IMG/VR virus record: IMGVR_UViG_3300022178_000020
Strand: one strand, 5' to 3'
Length of the DNA stretch: 64,000 nucleotides
From: an uncultured virus (IMG/VR IMGVR_UViG_3300022178_000020)
Lineage: Duplodnaviria > Heunggongvirae > Uroviricota > Caudoviricetes
The translations under genes were made by a program, and so were the position numbers. This document shows positions 10,132-22,100 of the stretch, in pieces; the stretch's first letter is position 1, and each line of letters opens with the position of its first letter. Under the pieces are notes generated by a model. The model had not been told where the DNA came from. It saw only the letters and a program-made list of their open reading frames with translations, and did not search any database.

Positions 10132-12409
10132 TTACCAAGTCAGGAGTAATAGTCTCTATTTTATACCAATCTTCCATTAAATTTATTTTTTGGAAGGGAT
10201 ACCAATTCCAATTTGAAACATCCATTCTATGGGTGCTAAAATATCCTGAAGGGGAGGTGTCATTGTATATTCGGGTGGTGTTTGATTTGAACTCACAATG
10301 ATTTGGGTGGGTAAATGAAGAGATTAAAACTGTAGGGATGTTTAGAGCCCATGCTATCCAGGAAAGACCAGAACTAATACTAACATGGAATTCTGCCCCA
10401 CTAATTATAGACATTACTTCATCTAGGGGTTTGTTGTGGAAGTGGTAATCACATTGAGGGGAACTATTCATAAAATTTTTAATTCCAAAATTTTTATGTT
10501 GGTCTACTGCTATTACTTTATATCCTTTGTTTTGTAGATGCTTTACAATTTGTTCCCAACCCCCAGGATAATTCCAATATTTGCATTGTGATGTAGATTG
10601 GATAGCAATAGTTACGTATTTTTCTTTTATGGGGGAAATATTGGGAGATTTAAATCTAGGTATAATTTCTTTATATTCTAGTCCTAAAATATCAGATGAT
10701 GTTTTTTGAAGAGGTTGGGTTTTAATATTATGGGGGTGATAAGAAGTATTAATTTTATCATTTTCATAATACCACCCTATTCCATAAGAAGTATGTAAAT
10801 CTCCTACAGGGGTGCCAGGGGATACAAATTCTATTTGGGGATATTTTGACTGGAACCAATCGTTATGGAATGTAGAGCAAGTGACTTTGCAGTTATGTTT
10901 TTTTCTAAATTCTTCTACATAAGGGAACCATGCAATGGTGTCACCTATAGATTTACTATCTAAGTGTATGTAAACTTTTTTATCAGCTAGATCGAAAATA
11001 TGCTCATGAATTTTAGTATCGTTTTCCCAAATTTCTACTCTCCATTTTATAAAAGATTTATAATTGGGGGAAGTCCACATATTATTGGTAATAATACCCT
11101 CATGGATTAACTTATTATTAATATCATTATAAAATTTAATTTGGTAATCTTGATTTAGGGGGCCTAGAATTTCACACTTTGCTCCATCTGTAAAGTCAAG
11201 GAGAATTTCGTTTTTAAGCTTTTTAGTTTTAAAATCTTTTAAGGTATCTATGCCTATTTCTGCTACCTTATCCCAATTAAAATCTCGATGGATTAGTTTT
11301 GCTTCTTCTAAAGCCCGTTTTTTATGGTCTGTGTAGTTTTCAAAAGCGTCTCTCATTACACGTGCTAAGTCTTGGAAATCGGGTTCATAGTAATTACCTA
11401 CTGAAGAATTAAAATGGTTATAATCAGCATCCATTACGGGTTTTTCTCCTAATATCTTTACAGGAAGACCCTTTCCTTCAGCAAATTCCATTTGACCACT
11501 ACATGCTGAATAGATTGAAGGAGTACCACAAGCCATAGCCTCAATTAAGGGTAAATTCCATCCCTCACTTCTAGCACAGGATACAAATACATGACCATTT
11601 TTTAAATAAGTAATATAATCTTCTCTTGAGGGAAAATGTTTAATTTTTATTCTTTTATCAACAAGCCCATTGTGTTCTAAACGTTTTTCTGTAGTGCCGT
11701 GATTATCGCCTGAGAAGGGGTTATCAACTGATATAATTAAGTCTATAGGTTCGGATGGGTCAAATTCTTTAAGAAAAGTCTCTATAATTTCTTTAGTAGA
11801 TTTTCTGTAGTCCCATCTCCCAAATAAAACAAATTTAAATCTTTTATCTTTGTAATCTAGTTTTTTAGAAAAAGGAGAAGGTTTAAAAGTATTAATATCT
11901 ACCCCTTCAGGTACTACTTTAACCATATCAGGATCTGCTCCTTGTTTTATAGTACATTCAGCTTGCCATTTTGAGGGAACCCATATTTGATCATACTCCA
12001 ATAACTTTTTAAAAAAATGAGGAGGTTGGAGGGTAGATTCCCAAACATTATAGGCAATTTTGGGTTTGTTATAAGAATTATAAAAGTAGTGATGGTCTGT
12101 TTCTACTAAAACTAAATCAATATCTTGCTCAAACTTATTTTTATAATTGGGGTATATGGGAAATTCATCTCGTGTGTTCTTTCCCGTAGTTAGGGTTTGT
12201 TCTACTAATAATTTTTTATCTAAATTATCAAGGTATAATTCACCGTTGTGGGGTTCATCATTATTTCCTTTCCAACTTTTTCCTACAGTAAAATTACGAA
12301 TTTTTAAATCTACTTTTTCAGATAATTTTCTAAAAAAATCTCTAGAATGGTGATTATATCCGGTGGTTCCTATGTAAGAACAATGAACCTTTAATTTAGG
12401 TAATGACAT
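10106..12409 (-). CDS. Two-domain glycosyltransferase: N-terminal GT4 fused to a C-terminal TibC/Aah-type (autotransporter heptosyltransferase-like) protein O-glycosyltransferase
   Basis: GT4: FGRWDYRKS, SEGWNLPLIEAMACGTP. C-domain: SIGDTIAWFPYVEEF, YVTIAIQSTSQCKYWNYPGGW, ISSGLSWIAWA, VLISSFT. Confidence 0.82.
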   Translation of the reverse strand: MSLPKLKVHCSYIGTTGYNHHSRDFFRKLSEKVDLKIRNFTVGKSWKGNNDEPHNGELYLDNLDKKLLVEQTLTTGKNTRDEFPIYPNYKNKFEQDIDLVLVETDHHYFYNSYNKPKIAYNVWESTLQPPHFFKKLLEYDQIWVPSKWQAECTIKQGADPDMVKVVPEGVDINTFKPSPFSKKLDYKDKRFKFVLFGRWDYRKSTKEIIETFLKEFDPSEPIDLIISVDNPFSGDNHGTTEKRLEHNGLVDKRIKIKHFPSREDYITYLKNGHVFVSCARSEGWNLPLIEAMACGTPSIYSACSGQMEFAEGKGLPVKILGEKPVMDADYNHFNSSVGNYYEPDFQDLARVMRDAFENYTDHKKRALEEAKLIHRDFNWDKVAEIGIDTLKDFKTKKLKNEILLDFTDGAKCEILGPLNQDYQIKFYNDINNKLIHEGIITNNMWTSPNYKSFIKWRVEIWENDTKIHEHIFDLADKKVYIHLDSKSIGDTIAWFPYVEEFRKKHNCKVTCSTFHNDWFQSKYPQIEFVSPGTPVGDLHTSYGIGWYYENDKINTSYHPHNIKTQPLQKTSSDILGLEYKEIIPRFKSPNISPIKEKYVTIAIQSTSQCKYWNYPGGWEQIVKHLQNKGYKVIAVDQHKNFGIKNFMNSSPQCDYHFHNKPLDEVMSIISGAEFHVSISSGLSWIAWALNIPTVLISSFTHPNHCEFKSNTTRIYNDTSPSGYFSTHRMDVSNWNWYPFQKINLMEDWYKIETITPDLVIEGIDRIL

Positions 12410-12468
12410 AACAATTAATATAATTAATCTAATTTAGGAAAACAAATTATTATAGGAGAGTCTTAAAT

Positions 12469-14646
12469 TTATAGTTCTACCCAATCGTTGGATGGGTTAA
12501 AGAATACTAGGTTTGTGCCTACTTTATATCCCATTATTCTAACTACATCACCCGCTGCCGTAGGGGCTGTTGTAGTTAATCTTCCTGTAGCTGTTGATAG
12601 ATATACTACATCTCCTACTGACCCTCCAGGATCAGCAAATACATAGACAATGCCACGTATTACCATACCAGTATTAGAGTTGGTTGAGGTTGATACTCCC
12701 ATAAATCCTTTAGAAGTTGATACGGCATCGGCATCTGAGAAAGTCCAAGCAGAACTACCAAGATAATAAACTCCTCCTGCTACAACTGTGTTACTATAAA
12801 AAGTAACTGTTTCAGCATTAAATCCCTTATCGCCTGCAGATGATGCAGGACCCGCTGAGGATGCTATTTCACCTACTTCTAAAACAGATCCATTACCTGA
12901 AATGGTACTTGTAACAGTAATATCTCCGACAACAGACATAGTTGAGCCATTAAATGTAAAATTAGATTCAGCATTTAGAGTACCATTACCTACTGCTGTT
13001 ACTACTCTATTATTAGCATCATTTGCTATTGTAGGAGAAGTACCTGATGTACCTGAAGTACCTGAGGAACCGTCAGCACCGCTAGTTCTAGTTTTTACGT
13101 TACCACTACTATCTACTGTAAGGAATGTAGTTTCACTACCCACAGGAATAGAAGTAAATTGAGCATTTGATGCTGTTATAAATCCTCCAGCTTTAATATT
13201 ATCGGATACTTCTAATTTTTCACTAGGTGAAGTAGTACCTATACCAAAATTACCTGTAGTATTGATATAACTATCCTTTGAGGCATAAGTTCTAAATACT
13301 ATTTTTTCTGTATCATTATCAAAGATACGAAGTTCCCCAGCATTTGTATCAGGAGGTGCTTGTGTATCATTTCCAATTTTAATAATATTTTCATCCGCTT
13401 CATTTTTTATAAAAATTCGAGGATTTTGAAAACCCCCCATTTCTATACTAGAACTAACAGCTATTCCAATATTTTGGCTATCGTTAGCAAAAAGTCCGTG
13501 CCCTATTTCAATAGCTTTTAAATCCCTTTCAGGGAGGTTAGGTCCATCTACTTCCAATACTAAAGACCCATATTGAAATGATGATTGTTCTCCTAATACT
13601 CTAGAATATATAGCTCCGGTACTTCCGGATACTAATAATTTACTTCCACTAAGTGCAGTATCTTCTATAACAAATGCTAATCTACTAGATTCAGCTCCTT
13701 CAGTAACGGAGCCACTAGGTACTGATAATATAAAATCAGGGGCCTCTTTACTAGAACCTTGTCCTGTTTTAAGTTCAAAAGTAGAAGCAGGTTTATCAGT
13801 TCCTATGCCTATTCTCGCATCATCCCCTGATTTGGAAATAAAAAGGACTTCTTTAAGAACTTCATTAGTTTCTCCTACTAAAAATTTTATAGCTCTACTA
13901 GCTGTATCATAATTTATTTGGGCTGAGGCGCTTACAGGTTGTAGGGATCCTGAGATTGAAGCACTAGCGTCTGTATTAAAAAAATATATGTTGGGGACAG
14001 GGGTAAGTAATACTCCACTTCGAGGGTCGGGGGAGGATGAAGTAACACTACTTAAAGTAATTTGACCCCCTCCTATTACAAGATTAGGACCATGGTCATT
14101 CCCTCCTCCTCCGGTAGGTTCATGAGTATCGTCACCATCAGATCCTGAGGGGTAAATTGTAATGTCTTTATTGTAAATTATATAATTATTAGGGTATTCA
14201 CTTTGAGGTAGAACTCCTAATAAGAATATAGGTTTTTCTGTTTCTTGGGGGGTTACAAACGTGTATGCTAAGGATCCTTGTTCTCTAAATCCTGAGGTAG
14301 CATTAATTCCAGTTAAACCGTTGTAATCTAAGGGTTGGTTTGATAAAAAGAGAGAGGTGTTAGTAGTAATAAACCCATTATCCGTTACTCCTTGGAGAGT
14401 ATATTCGACATCTGCTACTCCACTACCGGCATCACTGACGTCACCATTTACAAAATTAAGTGTAGTTGTAGGGTTAACAGTAGCTGTAATAGGGGTAGTT
14501 TTGGTAATTAAAGTTCCTCCTCCTCCAATAGAACTTGTTAAGGCAAAACTACCACTTGAAGCGTCCCATATAACCGCTCTATCTACAGAGGGAAATTCGG
14601 TAGGATCTAGTTCTACTTTTACATTATAATTAGTTTTTGTAGCCAT
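12469..14646 (-). CDS. Tail fibre/spike-like virion protein
   Basis: IGIGTDKP and GNFGIGTTSPSEKLEV fibre repeats, short GSSGTSGTSG segment, C-terminal GDVVYLS...P...GDVVRIMGY domain. Confidence 0.7.
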   Translation of the reverse strand: MATKTNYNVKVELDPTEFPSVDRAVIWDASSGSFALTSSIGGGGTLITKTTPITATVNPTTTLNFVNGDVSDAGSGVADVEYTLQGVTDNGFITTNTSLFLSNQPLDYNGLTGINATSGFREQGSLAYTFVTPQETEKPIFLLGVLPQSEYPNNYIIYNKDITIYPSGSDGDDTHEPTGGGGNDHGPNLVIGGGQITLSSVTSSSPDPRSGVLLTPVPNIYFFNTDASASISGSLQPVSASAQINYDTASRAIKFLVGETNEVLKEVLFISKSGDDARIGIGTDKPASTFELKTGQGSSKEAPDFILSVPSGSVTEGAESSRLAFVIEDTALSGSKLLVSGSTGAIYSRVLGEQSSFQYGSLVLEVDGPNLPERDLKAIEIGHGLFANDSQNIGIAVSSSIEMGGFQNPRIFIKNEADENIIKIGNDTQAPPDTNAGELRIFDNDTEKIVFRTYASKDSYINTTGNFGIGTTSPSEKLEVSDNIKAGGFITASNAQFTSIPVGSETTFLTVDSSGNVKTRTSGADGSSGTSGTSGTSPTIANDANNRVVTAVGNGTLNAESNFTFNGSTMSVVGDITVTSTISGNGSVLEVGEIASSAGPASSAGDKGFNAETVTFYSNTVVAGGVYYLGSSAWTFSDADAVSTSKGFMGVSTSTNSNTGMVIRGIVYVFADPGGSVGDVVYLSTATGRLTTTAPTAAGDVVRIMGYKVGTNLVFFNPSNDWVEL

Positions 14647-14666
14647 TGATTATAAATATAAATAGT

Positions 14667-14930
14667 TTAAGTAGCAGCAATTTTAATACAATATTCAGCT
14701 GTTAGGTATTTAACAGGTTCATAACTAGCAAGCAAGCTAGCAGTTAAAGCGGCATTTAAAGTAGTAGTTAAAGAAGCATCTAGAGAAGCAGTTAAAGAAG
14801 CATTAAGTTCTTCAACATTCCACAATGTAGAATCTATTGTAAGGGTAGGAAAGTTAGATCCTAAAAGGGGACCTCCAACTATACCTGTTAAAATGGATCC
14901 TGTTAAACTTGCATCTAGATTACAACTCAT
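14667..14930 (-). CDS. Small hypothetical protein with xASL repeats
   Basis: 87 aa, DASLTGS...NASLTASLDASL; stop/start overlap with upstream gene. Confidence 0.55.
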   Translation of the reverse strand: MSCNLDASLTGSILTGIVGGPLLGSNFPTLTIDSTLWNVEELNASLTASLDASLTTTLNAALTASLLASYEPVKYLTAEYCIKIAAT

Positions 14931-15340
14931 TATATTGGTCTGTACCCATCAGAAGTAAATATTGATTTCTTAGGTATGAAGGTCCCTACGGCTGCTACTA
15001 AACTTGTATCTTCATCACCCGTAGGACTAACTACTAATTCGGTATAATATGTTACGTTTTCTGTTAGGACTCCACCACTATTTACAAAATCCGCTTGGGT
15101 AAAAAATACTTGGATTTGAGTTCCTCCGTTGGGGATAACAACTTGGAAGGGTGAAGAAGGCATACCTGGTACCCATACACTTGTGCATTTCTCTAATACT
15201 GATACTCCTCCTTCAGTTAAAGAACACCCCCACCATGCATCCCAGTTAGTATCAAAGTTGGAAGTTAAATCTGTGAAAGTATATAGTAAAAGAAAAGTAT
15301 CGTCTTCAAATTTTATAAAGTCTTGATTAAAAGATGCCAT
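14930..15340 (-). CDS. Hypothetical virion protein, paralog of 15380..16102
   Basis: Shares FED, WWGCS, GGVSxLEK, FTQ, TYY, SIF..GYRP with its neighbour. Confidence 0.7.
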   Translation of the reverse strand: MASFNQDFIKFEDDTFLLLYTFTDLTSNFDTNWDAWWGCSLTEGGVSVLEKCTSVWVPGMPSSPFQVVIPNGGTQIQVFFTQADFVNSGGVLTENVTYYTELVVSPTGDEDTSLVAAVGTFIPKKSIFTSDGYRPI

Positions 15341-15379
15341 TTTTTATTTTTTATATTATATTAATAAATATTGTAATGA

Positions 15380-16102
15380 TTAGGGTCTATATCCTTCAGC
15401 ACTAAAAATTGAGGGTCTTACTTGTAAAGTACCTTGAGCTATTACTTGGGTAGGTACATTGTAGATAGCACTATAATTTAAGGTTTCACCTGCAATCAAT
15501 TCCCAATAATAAGTTTCGCCTGTTTCTAAGGGGCCTCCACTAGCTTCGTAATCATCTTGGGTAAATTCTACAGTAACAAGAGCAGGACCCGTTCCATTAT
15601 CTGTAGCAGTAAGGTATATGTTTCCTGTAGAGGGAGGTATTTCCGTTGGGAGATTATTGGATGTTAAAGTTATAATAGCATCTGTAGTACTTCCAAGAGC
15701 AGATGATGGTAGGGTTAAAGTGTCTCCATCTTCATATCCTACTCCTCCATCATTTATAAAAGCATAAGTGATCACACCCGCAGTTTGTTGAGTAGTAATT
15801 TTAGCCCCACCACCATCTTCTCCGGGTAGAGTGGGTATGGTGTATTGAAAAAGATTGATGGTTGCATCTGTTGTATTAGTAGTAATAGAACTTAATATGT
15901 TTCCTGTAAAGATCCCTCCATCCCAGTTACTATTTGCCTTTTCTAAAATAGAAACACCTCCAAAAGTGGTAGAACATCCCCACCAAACATTATCATCTGC
16001 TGCTAAGTTATATTGAATATTATATTGAATAGGAATTACAGGAAATTCTACATTAAAAAATTCATCTTCAAATGTTATGATTTGTTGATTAAATGTATTC
16101 AT
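15380..16102 (-). CDS. Hypothetical virion protein, paralog of 14930..15340 with an inserted domain
   Basis: Same motifs plus an internal GGGA...DGGVGY module. Confidence 0.7.
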   Translation of the reverse strand: MNTFNQQIITFEDEFFNVEFPVIPIQYNIQYNLAADDNVWWGCSTTFGGVSILEKANSNWDGGIFTGNILSSITTNTTDATINLFQYTIPTLPGEDGGGAKITTQQTAGVITYAFINDGGVGYEDGDTLTLPSSALGSTTDAIITLTSNNLPTEIPPSTGNIYLTATDNGTGPALVTVEFTQDDYEASGGPLETGETYYWELIAGETLNYSAIYNVPTQVIAQGTLQVRPSIFSAEGYRP

Positions 16103-16112
16103 TTTTTAATTA

Positions 16113-19100
16113 TTACAAATCGTTAAAAATTCTAAATGTTAATGAATGCTTGTAGAATAAGCTATAATCAAGAGTATTGTATACTTTAAATCTTAGAATG
16201 TTGTTTGTAACATCAACATCCTCTGCTTGAATGTATATTTGTTCCAAGTTTAGTCTGGATTTAGTGTATTCAGGAACTAAGTATGGGATCGTAAGGTTTA
16301 ACACTACATCATCGGTGGATGTTGTTCCTCCTATATCGGCCCCATCAATTGTGATTGCTGTAGTTGTTGAATATCCACTTCCCCCATCTGTTACTATTAT
16401 TGAAGTAGCAAGTCCTGTATTTCCTATTACAACTGTGGCTTGTGCTCCTGTTCCTCCTCCTGTAATACCAACAGGACCATAGGACCCTTGGGTCTTATTT
16501 CCGGGGTCTGTGGCTACTATACTTATTAATTGGGTTTGAGCAATTTCAGTAGTTACACTTTGTGAAACGAATGTTCCATCTACTTCAGTAATAGTAAAAT
16601 CATATAGATAGTTTTTACTTAAAAATGCCCAAAGGGTACCTGTAAATTTCAATGTAGCACCTGCTCTGATGAAGGGGTCAGCAACGGTTCCTGTTCCGCT
16701 ATTATTTCCTTTTAATATAACCATTCCATCAAATTCAACTACATCGAATGTGCCAAAGCTAAGCCCCGTATTAAAAATATCAGTTCCTGGGTTACCCACG
16801 GATCCTGCAGGTACACTATCTAATATAGACCAATTTTCTGTGATTGATGTACCTGAAGTACCTGATGAGCCTGATGTGCCTGATGAACCACTAGTACCTG
16901 AAGAACCTGATGTGCCTGAAGAACCAGATGTACCCGAAGCTCCCGTCATACCTGAAGAGCCTGAAGTACCTGAAGAACCTGAAGTGCCTGAGGAACCACT
17001 AATACCTGAAGTACCTGAAGAGCCTGAGGTACCTGATGAGCCACTAGTACCTGAAGAACCTGAAGTACCTGATGAACCTGATGTGCCTGAAGCACCTGTC
17101 ATACCTGAGGAGCCAGAAGTGCCTGAAGAGCCTGAGGTGCCTGAGGAACCACTTGTACCTGATGAACCACTTATACCCGAAGTACCTGATGAACCACTTG
17201 TACCCGAAGAACCATCTATACCTGAAGTGCCTGATGAACCTGAAGTACCCGATGAACCATCTATACCTGAGGTACCCGATGAACCACTTGTACCTGAAGA
17301 ACCGTCTATACCTGAAGTACCTGATGAACCACTTGTGCCTGAAGAACCATCTATACCTGATGTACCTGATGAACCTGAAGTACCTGAAGAACCGTCTATA
17401 CCTGAAGTACCTGATGAACCACTTGTACCTGAAGAACCGTCTATGCCTGAAGTACCTGAAGAACCTGAAGTACCCGATGAACCGTCTGTGCCTGATGAAC
17501 CTGATGAACCTGAAGTACCGTCTATACCTGAAGTACCTGATGAACCACTTGTACCTGAAGAACCATCTATACCTGAAGTGCCTGAAGAACCTGAAGTACC
17601 TGAAGAACCATCTATACCTGATGTACCTGATGAACCACTTGTACCTGAAGAACCATCTATACCTGAAGTACCTGATGAACCACTTGTACCTGATGAACCA
17701 TCTATACCTGAGGTACCTGATGAGCCACTTGTACCTGATGAACCGTCTATACCTGATGTACCTGATGAACCTGAGGTACCCGATGAACCGTCTATACCTG
17801 ATGTACCTGATGAACCTGAAGTACCTGAAGAACCACTTGTTCCTGAGGTGCCGCTAGAACCTGAAGAGCCACTAGTACCCGAAGAGCCTGAAGTACCTGA
17901 GGCGCCTGTCATACCTGATGAACCGGATGTGCCTGAAGAGCCGTCTATACCTGCAATCCCTGAAGTACCCGATGAACCACTGGTGCCTGATAAACCACTT
18001 GTTCCTGAAGAACCTGAAGTGCCTGATGAGCCTGATGTACCTGAGGAACCACTAGTACCTGAAGAACCTGAAGTACCTGAAGCCCCTGTCATACCTGAAG
18101 AACCCGAAGTACCTGAAGAGCCTGAAGAGCCTGAAGTACCTGAAGAACCTGAGGTGCCCGATGAACCATCTATACCTGAAGTACCTGAAGTGCCTGAAGA
18201 ACCTGATGTACCTGAAGAACCTGATGCTCCTGGGGCTCCTGCTAGGTTTATACACCATGTATAAGAGGTAATTGAAGACCAAGACCCTGTGGAAGAAGTA
18301 ACATTAATTTCAATATTTCCAGTTCCTGAGTTATAATTGTTTACGGTACCCTCAATAAAATTAGAGGAATCAATTGCTAATATTATGTTCTGCCCCGCAG
18401 TATAAGCTAATCCGGATCCTATAGCAATAGTAAGAGGGGATGAAGGAGGGTTTGAAATTGTAAGGTTATTAACACATGCAGCATAGATATCTCCATCGGT
18501 TCCTGAAGCACCTGATGAGCCTGAGGTACCTGATGAGCCTGATGTGCCTGAAGAACCACTAGTACCTGAAGAGCCATCTATACCTGAAGTGCCTGAGGAG
18601 CCTGAGGTACCCGATGAGCCGGATGTGCCTGAAGCACCTGTCATACCTGATGAACCTGAAGTGCCTGAAGAACCTGAAGTGCCTGATGAACCCGAAGTGC
18701 CTGAAGTGCCTGAAGTACCTGATGAACCGTCTATACCTGAAGTGCCTGAAGAACCTGAAGTACCTGAGGCACCTGTCATACCTGAAGAACCTGAAGTGCC
18801 TGAAGTGCCCGATGTGCCAGAGGAACCCGATGTGCCTGATGAACCTGAAGTACCTGATGAACCTGAAGTACCTGAAATACCCGATGAACCTGAGGAACCA
18901 CTAGTACCTGAAGAACCACTAGTGCCTGAAGAACCTGAAGTACCCGAAGCTCCGGTCATACCTGAAGAGCCTGAGGTGCCTGATGAACCTGAAGTGCCTG
19001 AAGAACCATCAATACCTGAGGTGCCAGAAGAACCACCGGTACCTGAAGAACCTGAAGTACCTGAAGAACCACTAGTACCCGAAGAACCGCTAGTACCTGA

Positions 19101-22100
19101 TGAACCATTAATACCTGAAGTACCCGAAGAACCACTGGTGCCTGAAGAACCTGATGTACCTGATGAACCTGAAGTACCTGAAGCACCTGCCATACCCGAG
19201 GAACCTGAGGTACCTGAAGAGCCACTTCCACCTGTAGCTCCTGAGGTACCTGAAGAGCCACTAGTGCCTGAAGAACCACTAGTACCTGAAGAACCTGATG
19301 AACCTGCAGTACCTGATGTACCTGAAGAACCTGATGTTCCTGAGGCTCCTGTCATACCTGATGAACCCGAAGTGCCTGAAGAACCACTAGTACCTGAAGA
19401 GCCTGAGGTGCCTGATGAGCCACTTTCACCTGTTGCTCCTGATGAACCTGATGTACCCGATGAACCTGAAGTACCTGAAGAGCCGTCTATACCTGAAGTA
19501 CCTGATGAACCACTTGTACCTGAAGAACCATCTATACCTGAAGTACCTGAAGAACCACTAGTACCTGAGGAACCTGAAGTACCTGAGGAACCTGAAGTAC
19601 CTGAAGCTCCTGTCATACCTGAAGAGCCTGAGGTACCTGAGGAACCTGATAAACCTGATGTACCTGATGTACCTGAAGAACCACTGGTGCCTGAAGAACC
19701 ACTAGTACCTGATGAACCCGAAGTGCCTGAAGAACCTGATGTACCTGAAGAACCTGATGTTCCTGAGGCTCCTGTCATACCTGAAGAACCTGATGTGCCT
19801 GAAGAACCACTTATGCCTGAAGTACCTGATGAACCTGCAGCACCTGAAGTACCCGAAGAACCATCTATACCTGATGTTCCTGAAGAGCCTGAGGTACCTG
19901 AGGAACCTGATACACCTGATGTACCTGATGTACCTGAAGAACCACTAGTACCTGAGGAGCCACTGGTGCCTGAAGAACCTGATGTACCTGAAGAACCTGA
20001 TGTGCCTGAAGCTCCAGTCATACCTGAAGAACCTGATGTACCTGATGAACCCGATATACCTGATGTACCTGATGTACCTGAAGAACCAGATATACCTGAA
20101 GAGCCTGATGTACCTGAAGAACCTGAGGTACCTGATGAACCATTTATACCTGAAGTACCGGATGAACCACTAGTACCTGAAGAGCCTGATGTACCTGAAG
20201 AACCTGAGGTGCCCGATGAACCATCTATACCTGAAGTGCCTGATGAGCCTGATGTACCAGAGGTTCCTGATGAACCCGATGCCCCTGGGGCTCCTGCTAA
20301 GTTTAAACACCATTCTATAGTACCTGAGAATGTCCCCGTGTAAGTTAAATTAATTAATACTATTACCCCTGAATTGGGAGTATAACTATCTACTGTTCCT
20401 TCAATAAATTGGGTAGCACTATGTGCTAATATTACATTCTGTCCTGCGGTATAAGCTAAATCAGTAGCAAAAGTTAAAGTAAGTGATGGTGGAGGGGTAC
20501 CACTAGTAATAGTTTGATTTGCACAATCCGCGTATACATCACCATCCGCTCCAGCAGCTCCTGAAGAACCTGAAGTGCCTGAAGTGCCTGAAGAACCATC
20601 TATACCTGAAGTGCCTGATGAGCCTGATGTGCCTGATGAACCACTAGTACCTGAAGAACCTGATGTACCTGAAGCTCCAGTCATACCTGAAGAACCTGAT
20701 GTACCTGATGAACCCGATATACCTGAAGTACCTGATGAACCTGCAGTACCTGATGTACCTGAAGAACCTGAAGTGCCTGAGGCTCCTGTCATACCTGATG
20801 AACCCGAAGTGCCTGAAGAACCACTAATACCTGAAGAACCCGAAGTACCTGATGTACCTGATGAACCTGATGTACCCGATGAACCTGAGGTGCCTGAAGA
20901 GCCGTCTATACCTGAAGTACCTGATGAACCACTTGTACCTGAAGAACCATCTATACCTGAAGTACCTGAAGAACCACTAGTACCTGAGGAACCTGAAGTG
21001 CCTGAAGAACCTGATGTGCCTGAGGCACCTGTCATACCTGAGGAACCTGAGGTACCTGAAGAGCCACTTTCACCTGTAGCTCCTGATGTGCCTGAAGAAC
21101 CACTAATGCCTGAAGAGCCACTGGTGCCTGAAGAACCTGAAGTACCTGAAGAACCTGAAGTACCTGAAGCACCTGTTATACCCGAGGAACCTGAAGTTCC
21201 TGAAGAGCCACTTTCACCTGTAGCTCCTGAGGTGCCTGATGAACCTGACGTACCTGATGAACCTGATGTGCCTGATGAGCCATCCTCACCTGTAGCCCCT
21301 GAAGTACCTGACGAACCTGATGTACCTGAAGAACCACTAGTGCCTGAAGAACCATCTATACCTGAAGTGCCTGAGGAGCCTGAAGTACCCGATGAGCCTG
21401 ATGTGCCTGAAGAACCACTATCCCCTGTAGCTCCTGATGTACCCGAGGAACCACTAGTACCCGAAGAACCAGAAGTACCTGAGGCTCCAGTCATACCTGA
21501 TGAACCACTAGTACCTGATGAACCGCTAACACCTGAAGAGCCTGAAGTGCCTGAAGTGCCTGAAGAACCTGAAGTACCTGATGAACCGCTAAAACCTGAG
21601 GAGCCACTAGTACCTGAAGTACCTGATGAACCACTAGTACCTGATGAACCACTAGTACCTGATGAGCCTGAAGTACCCGATGAACCTGATGTACCAGAGG
21701 TACCTGATGAACCACTAATACCTGATGAGCCTGAAGTACCCGATGAACCTGATGTACCTGAAGAACCACTAGTACCTGAAGAACCTGATGTACCCGAAGT
21801 ACCTGAGGAGCCTGAAATACCCGATGAGCCTGATGTACCTGAAGTTCCCGATGAGCCCGAAATACCTGAGGAGCCTGATGTACCCGAAGCACCTGTCATA
21901 CCTGATGAACCGGAGGTGCCTGAAGAGCCACTAATACCTGATGAACCACTGGTGCCTGCAGAACCACTAGTACCTGATGAACCTGAAGTACCCGATGTAC
22001 CCGATGAACCTGATGTACCAGAGGTACCTGATGAACCACTAATGCCTGATGAGCCTGAAGTACCTGATGAACCTGAGGAACCACTAGTACCTGAGGAACC

